Shown: positions 60,897-64,000 of the stretch, piece by piece
How the letters are laid out: every line of letters starts with the position of its first letter
Numbering within the stretch: position 1 is the first letter of the stretch
Assembly: GCA_977020255.1 (NCBI GenBank)
Contig: CDROCS010000122.1
Span: forward strand, 372,001 to 436,000
DNA: 64,000 bases
Reading direction: 5' to 3'
Origin: Obrimoposthia wandeli
Taxonomy: Eukaryota
Translations under genes and position numbers: made by a program
The notes under the pieces: generated by a model
The model's database searches: none
What the model saw: the letters and a program-made list of their open reading frames with translations, nothing else
What the model was told of the DNA's origin: nothing

Positions 60897-62210
60897 TTAT
60901 TTCTCCCTTATACCTTTTAAACTAGCTTCATAGTGTTTAATGAAATCATCTAAATAAAATGGTTTCTCTTGTTTTAACTCATTTTCTAACTCATAAAATA
61001 ATGATTCATAACATTGCCAATAATTCGCTTTTTTCTTTAACGAGTACCAACGCTCAAACAAACCTTCATCTGTTTCATTCGTTGTGATTCCGTCGGGATT
61101 CAATGCTTGCATTACACCTTTAACTGCACCATGAACACCTGAAATCATTGCTTTTTCATGCTTGTCTATATCAGAAAAGGCTTCTTGAATTGCACGCTGT
61201 GAAGATAAGAAACTACTTGATTTTCGGTGATATAAATTATGAATTGCATCTTCAAAATTCGCTGAAAATTTAAGGGGATTGTTTTCTTGTCGCTTAAATG
61301 ACGTGTGCAACAACCTATTAGACTGTTTAAAGTCAGCACGTTTTTGCAACGTATCCATCAACCCTGTAAGCAGTAAATGAACACTTTCACCCATTTCAAA
61401 CCACCACACTTCTGTTTGTTCAGTTGGTAACATTGTTGGGCTGATTTTCATACCTCGTAAAAAAGCAGATAATGCACCATCTTCATCAATATCAATATGA
61501 TGAACAACCTTTTCTTCATGTGATTTTTCTTTTTTTTGAACGGGCTCAGATAATACGCTCACATCATCAAATTGTTCCGGTTCGATTTGTTTTCCTGATG
61601 AACGAATTTCATCGGCATTATTATTAAATACGTTCCCCCAGTCCTCTGGAATGCTCTCATCAAATGACTCAGAACGGGGTTCCTCATTTTCATTTTTTGG
61701 TACAGAAAAACTATCTTCTATATCACCAATGAAAACTTCATTTTCTATGCTTATTTTTTTATCTTTATGACTTGAAAATTTATCAGCCAATTCTTTTGAT
61801 GGAATACCAAGTTCTTTATCAGAACCTGTAATTTTTGTATCTTCAACATTATCGGATAACTGTTCTTTCGTTTCATTCGAATATAGCTGAACTTCAATCT
61901 CATAATCACCAAAGGTAATCAAATCACCAACAGATAAAACATGACTGCCTTCATTACCAAGAGGTTCAACATTGCGATTTATAAAAACCCCATTTGTTGA
62001 TATATCTTTTATGATTATTTCTCCAGATCTTTTTTCAATCAAAGCATGACGGCCAGAAATAACTCGATCAGGATCAGGTAAACACCACTGACACAACTCA
62101 GAACGCCCAATATAATAAGGGTTACTTTCAGTGATTTTTATTAACGGCAGTACAACATCTAATCCAGAAGTATAACGATGATAACTTATAACTGAAAGGT
62201 TAAAACTCAT
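60897..62210 (-). CDS. tagH: T6SS FHA-domain protein Fha (TagH)
   Basis: FHA motifs IGR, SGRHA and DISTNGVF; C-terminal NNPLK; start ATG 62210 (ORF track extends to 62234). Confidence 0.92.
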   Translation of the reverse strand: MSFNLSVISYHRYTSGLDVVLPLIKITESNPYYIGRSELCQWCLPDPDRVISGRHALIEKRSGEIIIKDISTNGVFINRNVEPLGNEGSHVLSVGDLITFGDYEIEVQLYSNETKEQLSDNVEDTKITGSDKELGIPSKELADKFSSHKDKKISIENEVFIGDIEDSFSVPKNENEEPRSESFDESIPEDWGNVFNNNADEIRSSGKQIEPEQFDDVSVLSEPVQKKEKSHEEKVVHHIDIDEDGALSAFLRGMKISPTMLPTEQTEVWWFEMGESVHLLLTGLMDTLQKRADFKQSNRLLHTSFKRQENNPLKFSANFEDAIHNLYHRKSSSFLSSQRAIQEAFSDIDKHEKAMISGVHGAVKGVMQALNPDGITTNETDEGLFERWYSLKKKANYWQCYESLFYELENELKQEKPFYLDDFIKHYEASLKGIREK

Positions 62211-62473
62211 AATATTACTCACTTCTTTAAGCACTTAAAACTTAAAAATAAACACCATAATTGAAATTATTTACACATTAAAACAACCAAATTTTTCAGC
62301 AATATAAATTATCGGGGTTTTAAAACATTTGAGAGTCACGGTTTGTTTTTACATATATCAATTACATTACTTTCAATAATTATAGGAGCGAACACAAAAT
62401 ACAATAAAAACACTATTGCACAAGATCCTTTTGAATATATTATTCTTTTTCAACTACTATTGGAGAAACTCTC

Positions 62474-64000
62474 ATGGAAAAACAACCTCAGGAAAATAAT
62501 AACCAACCTCAACATTCAAAATCCCATGAGATATCAAACCAAGAAGATGATAATAACAAAACAATTATTAACACATCAAAAGCATCTGCGCCAAAGAGTA
62601 CCAAAGGTAACGATAACGGTTCAGATGACATAAATAGTGATCTTTTAAATACAGTAATAAAAGGCAGGTATCGTATTGAATCACGTATTGGCCATGGTGG
62701 TATGTGTGATGTTTATCGTGCAACTGATTTATTACTTGAGGCAGCTGGCGCATCAAGTCCTTTCGTCGCAATTAAAGCGCTACAAAATGAGTTCATTAAT
62801 CAACCGGAAGCAGCAAAGGTATTGATAAATGAAGCTCAAACAACTCAGAGATTAAGCCACCCCAATATCATCCGTGTTTATGACTTTGGCATTGATAAAA
62901 AAATATACTATTTAGTCATGGAATACCTTGATGGTGAAACCTTAGATGTTGTGATTCAACGCTCTCGCCCCCATGGTTTACCCTACAAACGTGCCATTCC
63001 GTTACTCGACCAAATGTTATCTGCATTAAAATATGCTCACCAAAACGGTATTGTTCATGCTGATTTAAAACCAAGCAACATCATGCTAACTCGAGATGGT
63101 GAAATTAAAATTTTTGATTTTGGTGTTGCTAAAAAGTTAGGTGAAAATAACGATCAATACGCTGCAATACAAGAAGAAACACTATCGGAACTCGGTGGTT
63201 ATACCCCTAATTACGCCTCAATTAATCTGTTAGAGGGTAACGTCCCTGAGATTAAGGATGATATTTTTGCATTTAGCTGCATTAGTTATGAGCTCTGTTC
63301 AAGTAAGCATCCTTTTAATCGCAAACCTGCTGATGTAGCCCAAAAGGAAAAAATTCAACCAATAAAACCAAAGCATTTAAATTCATCTAAATGGCGTATT
63401 ATTCAACAAGGGCTATCATTATCCGCGAAAGAGCGTATCGGTGATGCTGCTTTAATCAGCTCCCAATTACATCGCAAATACAAATCAACAGCCATTATGA
63501 TCACGGCTATTTTGAGCTTAAACTCTGTGGTCGGGTATGTATTGTATCAACAAAAAGAAGCCATCTTAGAGCTAACAACCGACAATCGAAATTTGCACCA
63601 ACACATTGAAGAAAGAGCAAAACTCGCAAATCTCAGTGCACGTGAAATCATTAAACAGCTCCCTGAATTATCAATTGATGCCCCCATTATTGCCAGCGGT
63701 CTACTCAAAAGTAAGCAACGTGACGTTATTGCATTATACGAACACAATATTGACCTTATCTTTAATACACGAGAGAACTATTACCCAAATTATTACGTAA
63801 TAGAAGCTGAATTAGCCGAAGTGAGTAAACTCTACCCTGACTCACATGCTATCAATGTACTGAGCACCGACATTTCAACCAGCTGGCAATCAACTATCGA
63901 TATTTTATCCAATCAGCTCAATACCACTCTAGAAAAGGCACATTATCAAGTATCTGCCGATAGTAATATCTATGAGCTATTAACTAACCTTAAAAATTTA
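62474..64000 (+). CDS. ppkA: T6SS Ser/Thr kinase PpkA (TagE); 3' end runs off the window; absent from the ORF track
   Basis: Manual translation from ATG 62474 (SD GGAG): GHGGMCDVY, VAIK, HPNIIRVYD, HADLKPSN, DFG and GGYTPNYAS; divergent from fha. Confidence 0.88.
   Translation, partial: MEKQPQENNNQPQHSKSHEISNQEDDNNKTIINTSKASAPKSTKGNDNGSDDINSDLLNTVIKGRYRIESRIGHGGMCDVYRATDLLLEAAGASSPFVAIKALQNEFINQPEAAKVLINEAQTTQRLSHPNIIRVYDFGIDKKIYYLVMEYLDGETLDVVIQRSRPHGLPYKRAIPLLDQMLSALKYAHQNGIVHADLKPSNIMLTRDGEIKIFDFGVAKKLGENNDQYAAIQEETLSELGGYTPNYASINLLEGNVPEIKDDIFAFSCISYELCSSKHPFNRKPADVAQKEKIQPIKPKHLNSSKWRIIQQGLSLSAKERIGDAALISSQLHRKYKSTAIMITAILSLNSVVGYVLYQQKEAILELTTDNRNLHQHIEERAKLANLSAREIIKQLPELSIDAPIIASGLLKSKQRDVIALYEHNIDLIFNTRENYYPNYYVIEAELAEVSKLYPDSHAINVLSTDISTSWQSTIDILSNQLNTTLEKAHYQVSADSNIYELLTNLKNL

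Noticed and set aside
62235-62473. LuxR/OpaR-type box in the fha-ppkA divergent promoter
   Set aside because: Only partial half-site matches exist in very AT-rich DNA; a position-weight-matrix scan would be needed.

Overview
Vibrionaceae chromosomal segment, most likely Photobacterium (inferred from the Glu-Lys-Val-Ala(GGC) rRNA spacer and the tmRNA tag ANDENFALAA). Left to right it contains: (1) a partial SorC/DeoR-family regulator missed by the ORF track. (2) A minus-strand rRNA operon: 16S, four spacer tRNAs, 23S, two strongly divergent tandem 5S genes and a trailer tRNA-Asp. (3) A conserved core block: five type IV minor pilins, dnaJ, dnaK, grpE, nadK, recN, bamE, ratB, ratA, smpB and ssrA. 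(4) Directly after ssrA, an accessory block with no integrase in the window: a methyltransferase-HNH nuclease fusion, a four-gene XRE / REC-EAL / Hpt / CHASE-like hybrid kinase phosphorelay, a DUF985 cupin and an M23 peptidase-bactofilin pair. (5) An Rhs polymorphic-toxin locus: an intact PAAR-less Rhs with an Endonuclease_NS_2 toxin and DUF600 immunity, followed by a decayed orphan toxin module, orphan immunity-like genes and core relics. (6) A T6SS gene cluster resembling V. parahaemolyticus T6SS2, with two TssC genes, the PpkA/PppA/Fha/TagF pathway, Hcp, VgrG, a stand-alone PAAR and a ketosynthase-fold (PRK06147-like) protein; ppkA runs off the right end. Best candidates for an undescribed system: the PAAR / PRK06147-like / PAAR-less Rhs loading module, the ssrA-adjacent methyltransferase-HNH fusion, the orphan hydrophobic toxin with its 4-TM immunity gene, and the phosphorelay. 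All family assignments come from motif recognition by eye; no database search was run.
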